From the NCBI GenBank assembly GCA_963845515.1, contig CAWJSR010000050.1, positions 1 to 64,000 of the forward strand: a stretch of 64,000 nt of DNA, given 5' to 3'. Source of the stretch: an uncultured delta proteobacterium. Its GTDB lineage: Bacteria > Myxococcota > Myxococcia > Myxococcales > Anaeromyxobacteraceae. Each line of letters opens with the position of its first letter. The stretch's first letter is position 1. The position numbers were made by a program, and so were the translations under genes. Below are positions 32,267 to 46,938 of this stretch, piece after piece. Below the pieces are notes generated by a model that made no database searches, was not told where the DNA came from, and worked only from the letters and a program-made list of their open reading frames with translations.

Positions 32267-33226
32267 ATGATCTCCGACGCCAACCTCCGCGCGCAGCTCC
32301 CGCACACCCTGAGCCAGCTCGATCTCCCCGGGCTCGGCGAGCTCTACCGCGGAAAGGTCCGCGACAACTACTCACGCGGCGACCGGATCGTGATGATCAC
32401 GAGCGATCGCATCAGCGCCTTCGACCACGTCCTCGGGACCATCCCGTTCAAGGGAGAGGTCCTCTCGCGCCTCACCTCGTTCTGGTTCGACAAGGTGAAG
32501 GACATCGCGCCGACCCACATCGTCGAAGTCCCGGATCCGAGCGTGATGGTGGTGAAGAAGGCCAGGCCGCTGCCGATCGAGATCGTGATCCGCGGATACA
32601 TCACGGGGTCGCTCTGGCGCGACTACGAGGGCGGCAAGGTCGACGCCTACGGGATCGCCTGGCCGAAGGGGCTCAGGAAGGACCAGCGGTTCGACGAGGC
32701 GATCATCACCCCCTCCACCAAGGAGGAGTACGGCAAGCACGACATGCCGATCAGCGAGCAGGAGATCCTGGAGAAGGGGATCGTCCCTGCCGCGATCTGG
32801 CAGGAGGCGACGTCGATCGCCAGGCGGCTCTTCCAGCGCGGCCAGGAGTGGGCGAAGACCCGCGGGCTGATCCTCGTCGACACCAAGTACGAGATGGGCG
32901 TGGCGGACGGCAAGCTCGTCGTGATCGACGAGATCCACACCCCCGACAGCTCGCGCTACTGGATGGCCGACGGGTACTCCGACCGCTTCGCGAAGGGCGA
33001 GGATCAGCGGATGCTCGACAAGGAGAACATCCGCCAGTGGCTCATCAAGGAGCACGGCTTCTCCGGCCACGGCACGCCGCCGGCCCTCACCGACGACGTC
33101 CGCTGCATGCTGGCGACGAAGTACATCGAGGTCTTCGAGCTGCTCACCGGCCAGAAGTTCGAGTCGGCGGTCGGCAGCGTCGCGGCGCGCATCGAGGGGA
33201 ACCTCCGCGCGAAGGGCTACCTCTAA
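32267..33226 (+). CDS. purC: SAICAR synthetase
   Basis: GKVRD, SDRISAFD, TPSTK, VDTKYE, DEIHTPDSSRYW. Confidence 0.95.
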   Translation: MISDANLRAQLPHTLSQLDLPGLGELYRGKVRDNYSRGDRIVMITSDRISAFDHVLGTIPFKGEVLSRLTSFWFDKVKDIAPTHIVEVPDPSVMVVKKARPLPIEIVIRGYITGSLWRDYEGGKVDAYGIAWPKGLRKDQRFDEAIITPSTKEEYGKHDMPISEQEILEKGIVPAAIWQEATSIARRLFQRGQEWAKTRGLILVDTKYEMGVADGKLVVIDEIHTPDSSRYWMADGYSDRFAKGEDQRMLDKENIRQWLIKEHGFSGHGTPPALTDDVRCMLATKYIEVFELLTGQKFESAVGSVAARIEGNLRAKGYL

Positions 33227-33481
33227 GCCCCTGCCCGTCGGCACCCACGGCATCCCTACGCACGACGCCCCGGGACGGCTCTCCTGGACGCCGGACGGGG
33301 CGTTTGCACTTGAGCGGCTCCCTGACCCTTCAGGGGCAGCCCATTCATGCCCGTCCCTGGAGGACACTCCTCGGCATAGGAACAAACACCCATCGACTAG
33401 CTGCGCCCATCGCTGGTTATCTATGCTCGTGAAACAGGCTTTTGGGGGAGCGGTGTGGTGCCCCACCAGGGGATGCCGCGG

Positions 33482-34126
33482 ATGAAGGACATTTTGGAGA
33501 CGGCGCGCGCGGCCGGGACACCGCGCGTCTACGTCCTTGACGACGAGGAGAGCATCCTGTCGGCCGTGGCGCGGACGCTCCGCCGCGCTGGCTATGCCGT
33601 GGCGACGTTCAGCTCCCCACGCGCGTTCCTGGAGCAGGCGAAGCTGGATCCACCTTGCTGCGTCGTCCTGGACGTCCACATGCCCGAGATCAATGGGGTC
33701 GAGATCCAGGAGCGGCTGGCGGGCATGGAGCAGCCGCCGTCGATAGTCTTCATGTCGGGTGCGTCGGACATCGGCACGTCGGTGAAGGCGATGAAGGCGG
33801 GCGCCATCGACTTCCTGGCGAAGCCCTTCGAGACGAAGGAGCTGCTTGAGGCCGTCGACGTGGCCATGCGCAAGGCCGAGCAGCGGCTCCTGGATCGGAC
33901 CGAGGTGGGGAAGGCCCTGTCGCTCCTGGCGCGCCTGACGCCGCGCGAGCGCGAGGTCTGCGACCTCGTCGTCCACGGGCTGCGCAGCAAGGAGATCGCT
34001 GAGCAGCTGGGCGCGGCGGTGAAGACGGTCAACATCCACCGCAGCCGCGTCATGACGAAGCTGGGCGCCACCACCGTCGTGGAGCTGGTCAGGCTGCTCG
34101 AGCGCGCCGCGGGGAAGCTCGACTAG
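33482..34126 (+). CDS. FixJ/LuxR-family response regulator
   Basis: Receiver plus LTPREREV..KEIA..TVNIHRSRVMTKLG; start uncertain (33455-33482). Confidence 0.9.
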   Translation: MKDILETARAAGTPRVYVLDDEESILSAVARTLRRAGYAVATFSSPRAFLEQAKLDPPCCVVLDVHMPEINGVEIQERLAGMEQPPSIVFMSGASDIGTSVKAMKAGAIDFLAKPFETKELLEAVDVAMRKAEQRLLDRTEVGKALSLLARLTPREREVCDLVVHGLRSKEIAEQLGAAVKTVNIHRSRVMTKLGATTVVELVRLLERAAGKLD

Positions 34127-34148
34127 CGCACCCCGGCCGACGCTCGGC

Positions 34149-35477
<1,329 letters not shown>

Positions 35478-35506
35478 GCAGTGTCCTCCTTCGGTGAGTC
35501 GGTCCT

Positions 35507-35953
35507 TCAGTGCTTTCCGGTCGAGCCGAAGCCGCCGGCGCCGCGGTCGCTGCTCGCGAGATCGTCCACCAGGACGAGCTCGGCGCGGGCCACCGGGGCG
35601 ATGACGAGCTGGGCGATCCGCTCGCCGCGGGCGAAGGAGACCGGCTCCCGCCCGTGGTTCACGAGGATCACGCCCACCTCGCCGCGATAGTCCGAGTCGA
35701 TCGTGCCAGGCGCGTTGACCATCCCCACGCCGAGCCTGAGCGCGAGGCCGGACCGCGGCCGCACCTGCCCCTCGAAGCCCGGCGGGATCTCGACGGCGAG
35801 CCCCGTGGGGACCAGCCGCCGCTCGCCCGCAGCGAGGGCCACCGGCTCGTCGGCGCGCAGGTCGAGCCCCGCCGAACCTGCGGTCTCGTAGCGGGGAAGA
35901 TCGAGCGGCGGGCCACGCTGCCCGACCCGCCGGAGGTTGACCGTGACTCTCAC
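35507..35953 (-). CDS. dut: dUTP diphosphatase
   Basis: [36 protein letters not shown]. Confidence 0.95.
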   Translation of the reverse strand: MRVTVNLRRVGQRGPPLDLPRYETAGSAGLDLRADEPVALAAGERRLVPTGLAVEIPPGFEGQVRPRSGLALRLGVGMVNAPGTIDSDYRGEVGVILVNHGREPVSFARGERIAQLVIAPVARAELVLVDDLASSDRGAGGFGSTGKH

Positions 35954-35980
35954 GTCACCATGCCTCGGAGCACCTGGCAC

Positions 35981-36006
35981 CGCCCGGCCGGGAGCTCGGC
36001 CGGGCG
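35981..36006 (-). terminator. hairpin downstream of pnp
   Basis: cgcccggccg-ggagct-cggccgggcg. Confidence 0.5.
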
Positions 36007-36024
36007 GACACCTGGTCGAGCGCC

Positions 36025-38181
<2,157 letters not shown>

Positions 38182-38262
38182 CTGTTCGCCTCTCTAGGGT
38201 GGGGGCGGCTTGGCCGCCCCGGGTGGTCGGCTCGAGCCGGACCTCGCCCCAGGGTCGCCTCA

Positions 38263-38332
38263 GAGGTGCTTCAGTTCCTGACTGGGCCGCCCCTCCGAGG
38301 AGAGGCGGCCCAGTCGGAAACGGAAGCGCCCT
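38263..38332 (-). promoter_or_regulatory. long stem-loop in the pnp 5' leader
   Basis: Perfect core gactgggccgcc/ggcggcccagtc, extending to about 28 bp with mismatches. Confidence 0.55.
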
Positions 38333-38400
38333 TCGGTGCTCCGGGCTCGGGTCCGCCGCGAGCCGCTGACTTCTCTACTGCGCTTCTTCACGAAGCGCGA

Positions 38401-38426
38401 GCGCCCCGGCGGGTTCGCCGGGGCGC
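38401..38426 (-). terminator. hairpin after rpsO
   Basis: gcgccccggcg-ggtt-cgccggggcgc. Confidence 0.55.
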
Positions 38427-38439
38427 CTGTGCCGCCTCG

Positions 38440-38709
38440 TTACTTCCGGATTCCGAGCTTCTCGATCAGGGCCTTGTAGCGCCCCAGATCCTTCGACTTC
38501 AGGTAGTCCAACAGGCGGCGGCGCTGGCCGACCATCTTGAGCAGGCCGCGGCGGCTGTGGTGATCCTTCTTGTGCGTCTTGAAGTGCTCGGTGAGGTAGG
38601 TGATCCGCTCCGACAGCAGTGCGACCTGCACCTCGGGCGAGCCAGTGTCCTTCTCGTGCCGGCGGTTCGTGACGACGACGTTCGTCTTCTTCTCCTGCGT
38701 CAGCGCCAT
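38440..38709 (-). CDS. rpsO: 30S ribosomal protein S15
   Basis: [34 protein letters not shown]. Confidence 0.98.
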   Translation of the reverse strand: MALTQEKKTNVVVTNRRHEKDTGSPEVQVALLSERITYLTEHFKTHKKDHHSRRGLLKMVGQRRRLLDYLKSKDLGRYKALIEKLGIRK

Positions 38710-38794
38710 AGCTGCATCCTTTCGTGGTTACCGATCACCGCCGCGGGGGCGAAGGCGCGCGCCGCGAGCGGCCGTGACGGCCGTGGAGGGTCGC

Positions 38795-38824
38795 TTGATA
38801 GAGGATCCGCCGCAGAAGTGTCAA
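38795..38824 (-). promoter_or_regulatory. sigma70-type promoter for rpsO
   Basis: Minus strand TTGACA-N18-TATCAA. Confidence 0.55.
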
Positions 38825-38838
38825 TGGTTCTGCCCTGT

Positions 38839-39783
38839 TCACTCGCCCGCGAGGAGCGACGCGAACACGCGGACGGGGCGGAGCTTCCCCTCGCTCACCT
38901 TCGCCACGGCGACCAGCTCGCCCGAGGGGCCGATCACGCGCCGGAGCCCGTCGGGGCCCTCCGCCGGCAGGAACCGGCCGTTGACCACCCATCGCACCCC
39001 TCCGGCGTCGACCGACACCGGCGGGAAGGGGAGCGAGGCCGCCAGCGGCAGCATCCGTGCTCGGAGCGCGGCAGGATCCTTCGCGCCGAGCTCCTCCAGC
39101 TCCTGGAGCCCCATGGCGTCGTCGACGCGGAAGTGCCCTGCCATGGTCCGCCTCAGCGCGCGGAGGTGCGCGGGGACTCCGAGAGCCCGCCCGAGATCGG
39201 CCGCGATGGTCCGCACGTAGGTCCCCTTGCCGCAGTGGACCTCGATCCTCGCCTCGCGGAGCCCGTCCTCGCCGGCCGGCGAGAGCGACCGGAGGGTGAG
39301 GGCATGCACCGCCACCCGTCGCAGGGAGCGCTCCACGGGGTCGCCCGCGCGAGCCGCCTCGTGGAGCCGCCGGCCGCCGACGCGGACGGCCGAGTACATG
39401 GGCGGCAGCTGCTCGATCTCGCCGACGAAGCCGCGCAGCGCGGCCTCCAGCGGATCGGCCTGGAGGCCGAGGGGATCGCCGCGCTCCACCACCTGGCCGT
39501 CGGCGTCCTCGGTGTCGGTGGCGGCGCCGAACGCGACCGTCGCCTCGTACCCCTTGTCGCCGTCTGCGAGCCAGTGCTGCAGCTTCACGGCGTCGTCCGC
39601 GCAGATCACGAGGAGGCCGGTGGCGGCAGGGTCCAGGGTCCCGGCGTGGCCCGCCTTGGCCGCCACGAGCGCGCGGCGGATCCGCTCCACCACGGCGTGG
39701 CTCGTCGGCCCGCTCGGCTTGTCGACGAGGAGGACGCCCCCGGGGCCAGCCGGCGCGCGCCCCCGCGGGCGGCGGCTGCTCAT
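38839..39783 (-). CDS. truB: tRNA pseudouridine(55) synthase
   Basis: DKPSGPTSH, GHAGTLDP, QLPPMYSA, GTYVR. Confidence 0.95.
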   Translation of the reverse strand: MSSRRPRGRAPAGPGGVLLVDKPSGPTSHAVVERIRRALVAAKAGHAGTLDPAATGLLVICADDAVKLQHWLADGDKGYEATVAFGAATDTEDADGQVVERGDPLGLQADPLEAALRGFVGEIEQLPPMYSAVRVGGRRLHEAARAGDPVERSLRRVAVHALTLRSLSPAGEDGLREARIEVHCGKGTYVRTIAADLGRALGVPAHLRALRRTMAGHFRVDDAMGLQELEELGAKDPAALRARMLPLAASLPFPPVSVDAGGVRWVVNGRFLPAEGPDGLRRVIGPSGELVAVAKVSEGKLRPVRVFASLLAGE

Positions 39784-40172
39784 TCGCCCTCGGCCTCGGG
39801 ATCCTTCTCCGGGGGAGCTGCGCCGCGGGCCTTCGCCTCGCGCAGGAGCCGGTCGATCCGGTCGCCGCGTCCCACCGACTCGTCGAAGACGATGCGGAGG
39901 TGGGGGGTGTAGCGGAGCTTCACCCCTCTCGCGACCTCGCGCTGCAGGTAGCCGGCGGCCGCGCGGAGCCCGGCGAGGGTCTCGGCCACCACCTTCTCGT
40001 CCCCCAGGATCGAGACATAGGCGACGGCCTCCTTCAGGTCGGGAGACATCTTGGCGCCGGTGACGGTTATGAGGCCGGTGACGCGCGGGTCCTTCAGCCC
40101 CCGCGCGAGGACTGCCGAGAGCTCGCGCTGGAACTCGTGGGCCACGCGGGCCGGGCGATCATGCGTACTCAT
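39780..40172 (-). CDS. rbfA: ribosome-binding factor A
   Basis: KDPRV..SPDL..LRYTPHLRIVFD; position in operon. Confidence 0.93.
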   Translation of the reverse strand: MSTHDRPARVAHEFQRELSAVLARGLKDPRVTGLITVTGAKMSPDLKEAVAYVSILGDEKVVAETLAGLRAAAGYLQREVARGVKLRYTPHLRIVFDESVGRGDRIDRLLREAKARGAAPPEKDPEAEGE

Positions 40173-40536
40173 CGTCGTCCTCCTGAGCCGGGAGGCCCTC
40201 GGCCTCGGCCAGCGTCCTTCCTGCGTCCTCGCCGAGTTGGCCGGCGTAGCCCTGAATCTCCACGTCTCGGGCGGTGATCAGGATCTGGCCACCGTGCATG
40301 GACCCCACGAAGTCCGTGACCCTGTCGAGCGTCTCCCCGACGAAGGCGCGGTCGTTCCCGACCGCCGCCACGCCGATCACGCTCTTCTGCCAGAGGTCGT
40401 TCTCCGCGACCTCGGCGATGGAGACGTTGAACTTCGCCTTCACCCGGTCGATCGCGGAGCGCACCAGGTGGCGCTTCGACTTGAGCGAGCCGGGCGCCGG
40501 GAGGTGGAGCGTGAGCCTGAGGACGCCGACGAACAT
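40159..40536 (-). CDS. DUF503 (YlxP-like) protein
   Basis: SLKSKR..KFNVSIAEV..DLWQ; between infB and rbfA. Confidence 0.88.
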   Translation of the reverse strand: MFVGVLRLTLHLPAPGSLKSKRHLVRSAIDRVKAKFNVSIAEVAENDLWQKSVIGVAAVGNDRAFVGETLDRVTDFVGSMHGGQILITARDVEIQGYAGQLGEDAGRTLAEAEGLPAQEDDDEYA

Positions 40537-40549
40537 GCGACTGCATCAT

Positions 40550-40713
40550 CCCTCTCCCCCGCCGGAGGGGAATGCGAGGGAGCGCGCAGCGCAATCCGGA
40601 TTGCCTCCCTCTCCCCCGCCCCCGCGGGGGAATGCGAGGGAGCGCGCAGCGCAATCCGGATTGCCTCCCTCGCCCCCGCCCCCGCGGGGGAGAGGGCCGG
40701 GGTGAGGGGGGGG
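40550..40713. repeat. 60-bp tandem repeat built from REP-like arms
   Basis: Lines 40561 and 40621 nearly identical (period 60); each has palindrome gcaatccggattgc; ends in gggagagggccggggtgaggg. Confidence 0.9.
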
Positions 40714-40714
40714 G

Positions 40715-43495
40715 TCAGTCGATCGACGGCCGGATCTCGATGAGCTCGTAGACCTCGAGGATGTCGCCGGCCTTCAGGTCCGAGAAGCCCTCGATCCCGA
40801 CGCCGCACTCCATCCCTGCAGCGACCTCCTTGACGTCGTCCTTGAAGCGCTTGAGCGAGGTGACCTTGCCCGTGAAGAGCGCCTTCTTCTCGCGGACCAC
40901 GCGGACCTGGGCGTTCCGCTTGATGAAGCCCTCGGTGACCGCGGAGCCGGCGATGGTGCCCTGGCGGGGGATGTTGATGAGCTGCCGGACCTCGGCCTTG
41001 CCGAGCGGCTTCTGCTCGATGATCGGATCCAGGAGGCCGACCATCTCCTCCTTGATCGCGTCCACCGCCTCGTAGATCACGTCGAAGAGGAGGATCTTCA
41101 CCCCCTGCTGGCTCGCGATCTGCTCGACCTTGGTCTCGGGCCGGGTGTGGAACCCGATGATGATCCCCTTGCCTGCGGCCGCGGTGAGGACGTCCGACTC
41201 GGTGATGGCGCCGACGCCGGTGTCGAGGATGTCGACGCCGACCTTCTTGGTGGCGCTCTTCGCGAGGGCCTGCGAGACCGCCTCGGAGGAGCCCTGCACG
41301 TCCGCCTTCACGACGACGTTGAGCACCTTGCGCCCGGAGTCCTTCACCTTGGCGAAGAGATCCTCGAGCGTGGCCCGCTTGGTCTGCGAGAGCTCCTTCT
41401 GCCTCATCTTCTCGCCGCGGTGCTCGGCGATCTCCTTCGCGGACTTCTCGTCGGAGACGACGTTGAACTCGTCGCCCGCGACCGGCACGCCGGAGAGGCC
41501 GAGGACCTCCACCGGGTAACCAGGCGGGACGTCCCTGACCTGCTCGCCGCGCTCGTTCATCATCGCGCGGATCTTGCCGTAGTGGGACCCGGTGACGAGC
41601 GCGTCACCGACACGCAGCGTCCCCTCCTGGACGAGGACGGTGGCGACCGGCCCGCGCCCCTTCTCCAGCTTCGCCTCGATGACGCGGCCGCTCGCGACCT
41701 TGTTCGGGTTGGTCTTGAGCTCGAGCACCTCGGACTGGAGCGCGATGTACTCCAGCAGCTCCGGGATGCCCTCCTTGGTGCGGGCGGAGACCGGCATCAT
41801 GATGGTGCTGCCGCCCCACTTCTCGGCCACCAGCTCGTACTCGGTGAGCTGCTGCATGACGCGCTCGGGCGTGGCGCCCGGCTTGTCGATCTTGTTGATG
41901 GCGACGAGGATCGTCACGCCCGCTTCCTTCGCGTGCTTGATCGCCTCGATCGTCTGGGGCATCACGCCGTCGTCAGCCGCGACCACGAGCACGACCAGGT
42001 CGGTCACCTGCGCGCCGCGCTGGCGCATCGCGGTGAAGGCCTCGTGGCCCGGGGTGTCGAGGAAGGTGATCGGGCCGTGCGTCGTCAGGACTGAGTAGGC
42101 GCCGATGTGCTGGGTGATCCCGCCCGCCTCGCCGCCCGCGACGTCCGCCTTGCGGATCGCGTCGAGGAGCGAGGTCTTCCCGTGGTCGACGTGGCCCATG
42201 ACGGTCACGACCGGCGGCCGGATCCGGAGATCGGCCTCGTTCTCCTCGACCTCGGGGATGTACTCCTCGACCTCGAAGCCCTTCTTCTCGACGGTGTACC
42301 CGAACTCGGTCGCGAGGATCCCCGCGGTGTCGGCGTCGATGAGCTGGTTGATGGTCGCCATCTTCCCGCCCTGCATCAGCTTGCGGATGAGGTCGGCGGC
42401 CTTCACGCCCATTGCCTGGGAGAGCTCGGAGACCGAGATGGCCTCCTCCACGCGGATCACCTTCTTGTGCTCGGCGCGCTCGGTCACCAGGGTCTTCAGT
42501 CCCTTCTTGGTGGGCTTCTTCTTCTTGCCCCGCATGGGGATGAACGACCGGTCGTTGATCGCGGCCTGGAGCAGCTCCTTGCCGGAGAGCGCCTTTGCTG
42601 CCTCGGTCTCGGGCTTGCCGGTGGTGGTGCGCCCACCCCGCTTGTTCTTGTCCTTGCCGACCTCGATGAACTCGCGGTCGCGCCCGGGAGCGCCCGGGAC
42701 GACCTTCAGGTCCCGGATCGGGCCGAGGGCGCGGGGACCCGGCGCGGCCGGGTACGCGCTGCGCGACGTGGTGGGCGGCGTGACGCGCCGGACGGGACTC
42801 GTCGGGCGCGAGATGACCACCGCCTGCGTCGACGTCGGGCGAAGCGTCCGGGGATCGATGGCCGGCCGGGCTGGCACGGCCGGCGTCACCGGTCCGGCCG
42901 CGGCAGGCGCATGCGGCCCGGCGGCCAGCGGCGCGTGGGGCGCGGCAGGGGCGTGCGGCGCAGCAGGGGCGTGCGGCACGGCGGCGTGCGCCGGAGGCGC
43001 GACCGGGGCGTGCGGCGCTGGCGCCGGCGGGGCGCCGAGTGCCGGAGCGGCCGGGGTTGCCGGGACGGCCGCCTGCTCGGCCTCGGGGCTCGCGCCCACC
43101 GGCTCGGCGGCGGGCGCGGCTGCCTCTGCCTCCGCCACGACCTCCTGGGGAGGCGCCTCTTCCTGCGGGGGCTGCTCGGCCTCGACGGCTGGCGGCTCCT
43201 CTTCGACGGGCGCGGCGGCCACGGGGGCCGGGGCCGGCTCGGGCGTCGGCTCGACATGGGCCTTCTTGCGGACGACGAAGCCGGGGCCGGCCGAACGGAC
43301 CGGAGCCGCCTTCGGCTTGCGCTCGCCCAGGATCTTCTCGAACGCGGACTGAGCCTGATCGTCGTCGAGCGACGAGGAGTGGCTCTTCACGTCGAACCCG
43401 AACTGGTGGAGCTTGTCGACGAGCTCCTGGTTCGAGAGCTCGATCCCGTGCTCCTTGAGCTGCTTTGCCAGCTCGTGGACCCGCTTCTTGGACAT
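40715..43495 (-). CDS. infB: translation initiation factor IF-2
   Basis: [33 protein letters not shown]; Pro/Ala-rich N-region with PHAP repeats. Confidence 0.98.
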   Translation of the reverse strand: MSKKRVHELAKQLKEHGIELSNQELVDKLHQFGFDVKSHSSSLDDDQAQSAFEKILGERKPKAAPVRSAGPGFVVRKKAHVEPTPEPAPAPVAAAPVEEEPPAVEAEQPPQEEAPPQEVVAEAEAAAPAAEPVGASPEAEQAAVPATPAAPALGAPPAPAPHAPVAPPAHAAVPHAPAAPHAPAAPHAPLAAGPHAPAAAGPVTPAVPARPAIDPRTLRPTSTQAVVISRPTSPVRRVTPPTTSRSAYPAAPGPRALGPIRDLKVVPGAPGRDREFIEVGKDKNKRGGRTTTGKPETEAAKALSGKELLQAAINDRSFIPMRGKKKKPTKKGLKTLVTERAEHKKVIRVEEAISVSELSQAMGVKAADLIRKLMQGGKMATINQLIDADTAGILATEFGYTVEKKGFEVEEYIPEVEENEADLRIRPPVVTVMGHVDHGKTSLLDAIRKADVAGGEAGGITQHIGAYSVLTTHGPITFLDTPGHEAFTAMRQRGAQVTDLVVLVVAADDGVMPQTIEAIKHAKEAGVTILVAINKIDKPGATPERVMQQLTEYELVAEKWGGSTIMMPVSARTKEGIPELLEYIALQSEVLELKTNPNKVASGRVIEAKLEKGRGPVATVLVQEGTLRVGDALVTGSHYGKIRAMMNERGEQVRDVPPGYPVEVLGLSGVPVAGDEFNVVSDEKSAKEIAEHRGEKMRQKELSQTKRATLEDLFAKVKDSGRKVLNVVVKADVQGSSEAVSQALAKSATKKVGVDILDTGVGAITESDVLTAAAGKGIIIGFHTRPETKVEQIASQQGVKILLFDVIYEAVDAIKEEMVGLLDPIIEQKPLGKAEVRQLINIPRQGTIAGSAVTEGFIKRNAQVRVVREKKALFTGKVTSLKRFKDDVKEVAAGMECGVGIEGFSDLKAGDILEVYELIEIRPSID

Positions 43496-43506
43496 TGCGC
43501 CGACTC

Positions 43507-43766
43507 CTAATCCCTATCGCTACGATCCGTCAACTGCACCCGAAGCGCCGCCTCGTCCACCTCTACGGCTCCGCGGAAGGCCCTCGCGAAGGCCCGCCGC
43601 TTCACCGCCTGCGCCAGGCACCTCTGGGCGGGGTGCAACCATGCCCCCCGCCCTCCACCGGTGCCGCGCGCATCCAACACCACCCGCGCTCCGTCCAACC
43701 TCAACCGCGCCAGCGAACCCGGGTCGGCGGCTTCACCGCAGCCGACGCACGTGCGCTGGGGCCGCC

Positions 43767-43770
<4 letters not shown>
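43507..43770 (-). CDS. YlxR/DUF448 family protein
   Basis: [26 protein letters not shown]; between nusA and infB. Confidence 0.87.
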
Positions 43771-45437
<1,667 letters not shown>

Positions 45438-45440
45438 GGT

Positions 45441-45956
45441 TCAGTCCTTCCTTCGAAGGTCCGCCTCGAAGTCGTACTCGAGGTTGGCCTTCGCGATCTG
45501 ATCGTGCGGAATCCGGTGCAGCACGCCATCAACCTCGATGGCGACCTTCCCGTCTTCGAAACCCTTGAGAATCCCGGTCCAGTTCTTGCGCCCCGGCGAG
45601 CCGGGCGCGGTCGCATCGACGGGGCCGTAGCTCTTCACGTGGATGCGCTGGCCGGCGAAGCGCTCGAAGTCGGCCGGCTTGCGGAGCGGCCGATCGACCC
45701 CCGGGGAGGAGACCTCCAGGTCGTAGCCCTGGGTGATGAAGTCTTCGACGTCGAGGACGGTGTCGAGGGTCTGGGAGACGGCCTGACAGTCCTCCAGGTT
45801 CACCCCCCCCTCCTTGTCGATGAACACTCGCAGGGTCCAGCGCCCGGGGGCGCGGGTCCACTCCACCTCGACGAGCTCGTACCCGTCCCGGGCCAGGATC
45901 GGCTCCAGGAGGGCGCGGGCGCGCGCGGGGATGGGTTGCTCTGCGACGCCGGCCAT
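45441..45956 (-). CDS. rimP: ribosome maturation factor RimP
   Basis: LRVFID..DC..S..LD..YDLEVSSPGVDRPL. Confidence 0.95.
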   Translation of the reverse strand: MAGVAEQPIPARARALLEPILARDGYELVEVEWTRAPGRWTLRVFIDKEGGVNLEDCQAVSQTLDTVLDVEDFITQGYDLEVSSPGVDRPLRKPADFERFAGQRIHVKSYGPVDATAPGSPGRKNWTGILKGFEDGKVAIEVDGVLHRIPHDQIAKANLEYDFEADLRRKD

Positions 45957-45970
45957 CTATTCCTCTTCAG

Positions 45971-46009
45971 AAAAATAAAAAAAGTGGGGCGCTCCAGCGG
46001 CCCACTTTC
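45971..46009 (-). promoter_or_regulatory. rimP leader terminator/attenuator
   Basis: Minus strand GAAAGTGGGCCGCTGGAGCGCCCCACTTTTTTTATTTTT directly upstream of rimP. Confidence 0.8.
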
Positions 46010-46107
46010 GTGCCCGGTCGCCCGGGAACCTCGAAAATGTGCGCGTTTGTTAACAGAATGGGCCATCCCGGTCAAGGTGACGGGGCGTACGGGGGGCCGT
46101 GGGGCCA

Positions 46108-46146
46108 CCCCTCTCCCCCACCGGGGGAGCGGGGCAGGCCGAGGGG
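46108..46146. repeat. degenerate REP-like palindrome
   Basis: cccctctccccc-acc-gggggagcgggg-caggccgagggg. Confidence 0.65.
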
Positions 46147-46157
46147 CGGTTCCCGGG

Positions 46158-46637
46158 TCAGAACACGAGCGCCAGGACGACCACGCCCATGAGGACGAAG
46201 GCGAGGGTGACCTTCACCACGCTCCCCAGGATGAAGCCGATGAACGCGCCGAAACCGGCCCTGAGCGCCCGGTCGAAGTCGGGATCGCGCAGGTACTCCA
46301 GCACGATCGCGCCCGCCATCGGGCCCAGCACGACCCCCAGCGGCCCGAGGGTGAGCCCGACGAGGAGCCCTAGCGCGGCTCCGAGGACTGCCCACTTCGA
46401 GGCGCCGAACGCCCGGGTCCCGAGGGCGGCGGCAGCGAAGTCGACCGCCCAGATCACGACGCCGATGGCCGCGCACGCGGCGACGGTCCACCCGGAGACC
46501 CGCGTGAACCCCTCCGCCCACGCGACCAGCAGGGCGCCGGCGACCAGGAGCGCGGACCCGGGCAGCACCGGAACGACGACGCCGACGGTTCCGACGACCA
46601 GGGCGATGGCGCCCAGCGCGTAGAGCAGGATCTCCAT
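46158..46637 (-). CDS. DUF456 family membrane protein
   Basis: GVVVPVLPG..D..A..LGTRAFGASKW..GA..GP..GA..E. Confidence 0.85.
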   Translation of the reverse strand: MEILLYALGAIALVVGTVGVVVPVLPGSALLVAGALLVAWAEGFTRVSGWTVAACAAIGVVIWAVDFAAAALGTRAFGASKWAVLGAALGLLVGLTLGPLGVVLGPMAGAIVLEYLRDPDFDRALRAGFGAFIGFILGSVVKVTLAFVLMGVVVLALVF

Positions 46638-46938
46638 CCCTGGGGTCATCCTAACGCCCGCCGGCGCCGGCTCGCATCTTCACGGGTCACCTACGCGGCA
46701 CCGCGGGGATGCACCTCTCCCCCGGCCGGGCGCTGACCATTCATCGCATCTCCGGCATCGGCTCCCCGCTGACCGCAAGCGGACACGACCCCATTTCCGC
46801 TGCCCGCACCCCGGTGGGCGTCGCGTGCATGCCCGCTGGCAGCGTCGCCGCGCCTGAAGCGGCTCTCGACCGGGGAGTGGGCGGCCGCCGTCTCGCTGCG
46901 GCAGGCGGCTTCCCGGCGCCCGCGGCTCGCGCTGCCGC

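Noticed and set aside
40550..40713. CRISPR array
   Set aside because: The units are identical along their length with no unique spacers, and there are no cas genes
42890..43030. 18-bp repeats in infB
   Set aside because: They encode the ordinary PHAPAA low-complexity linker of IF-2
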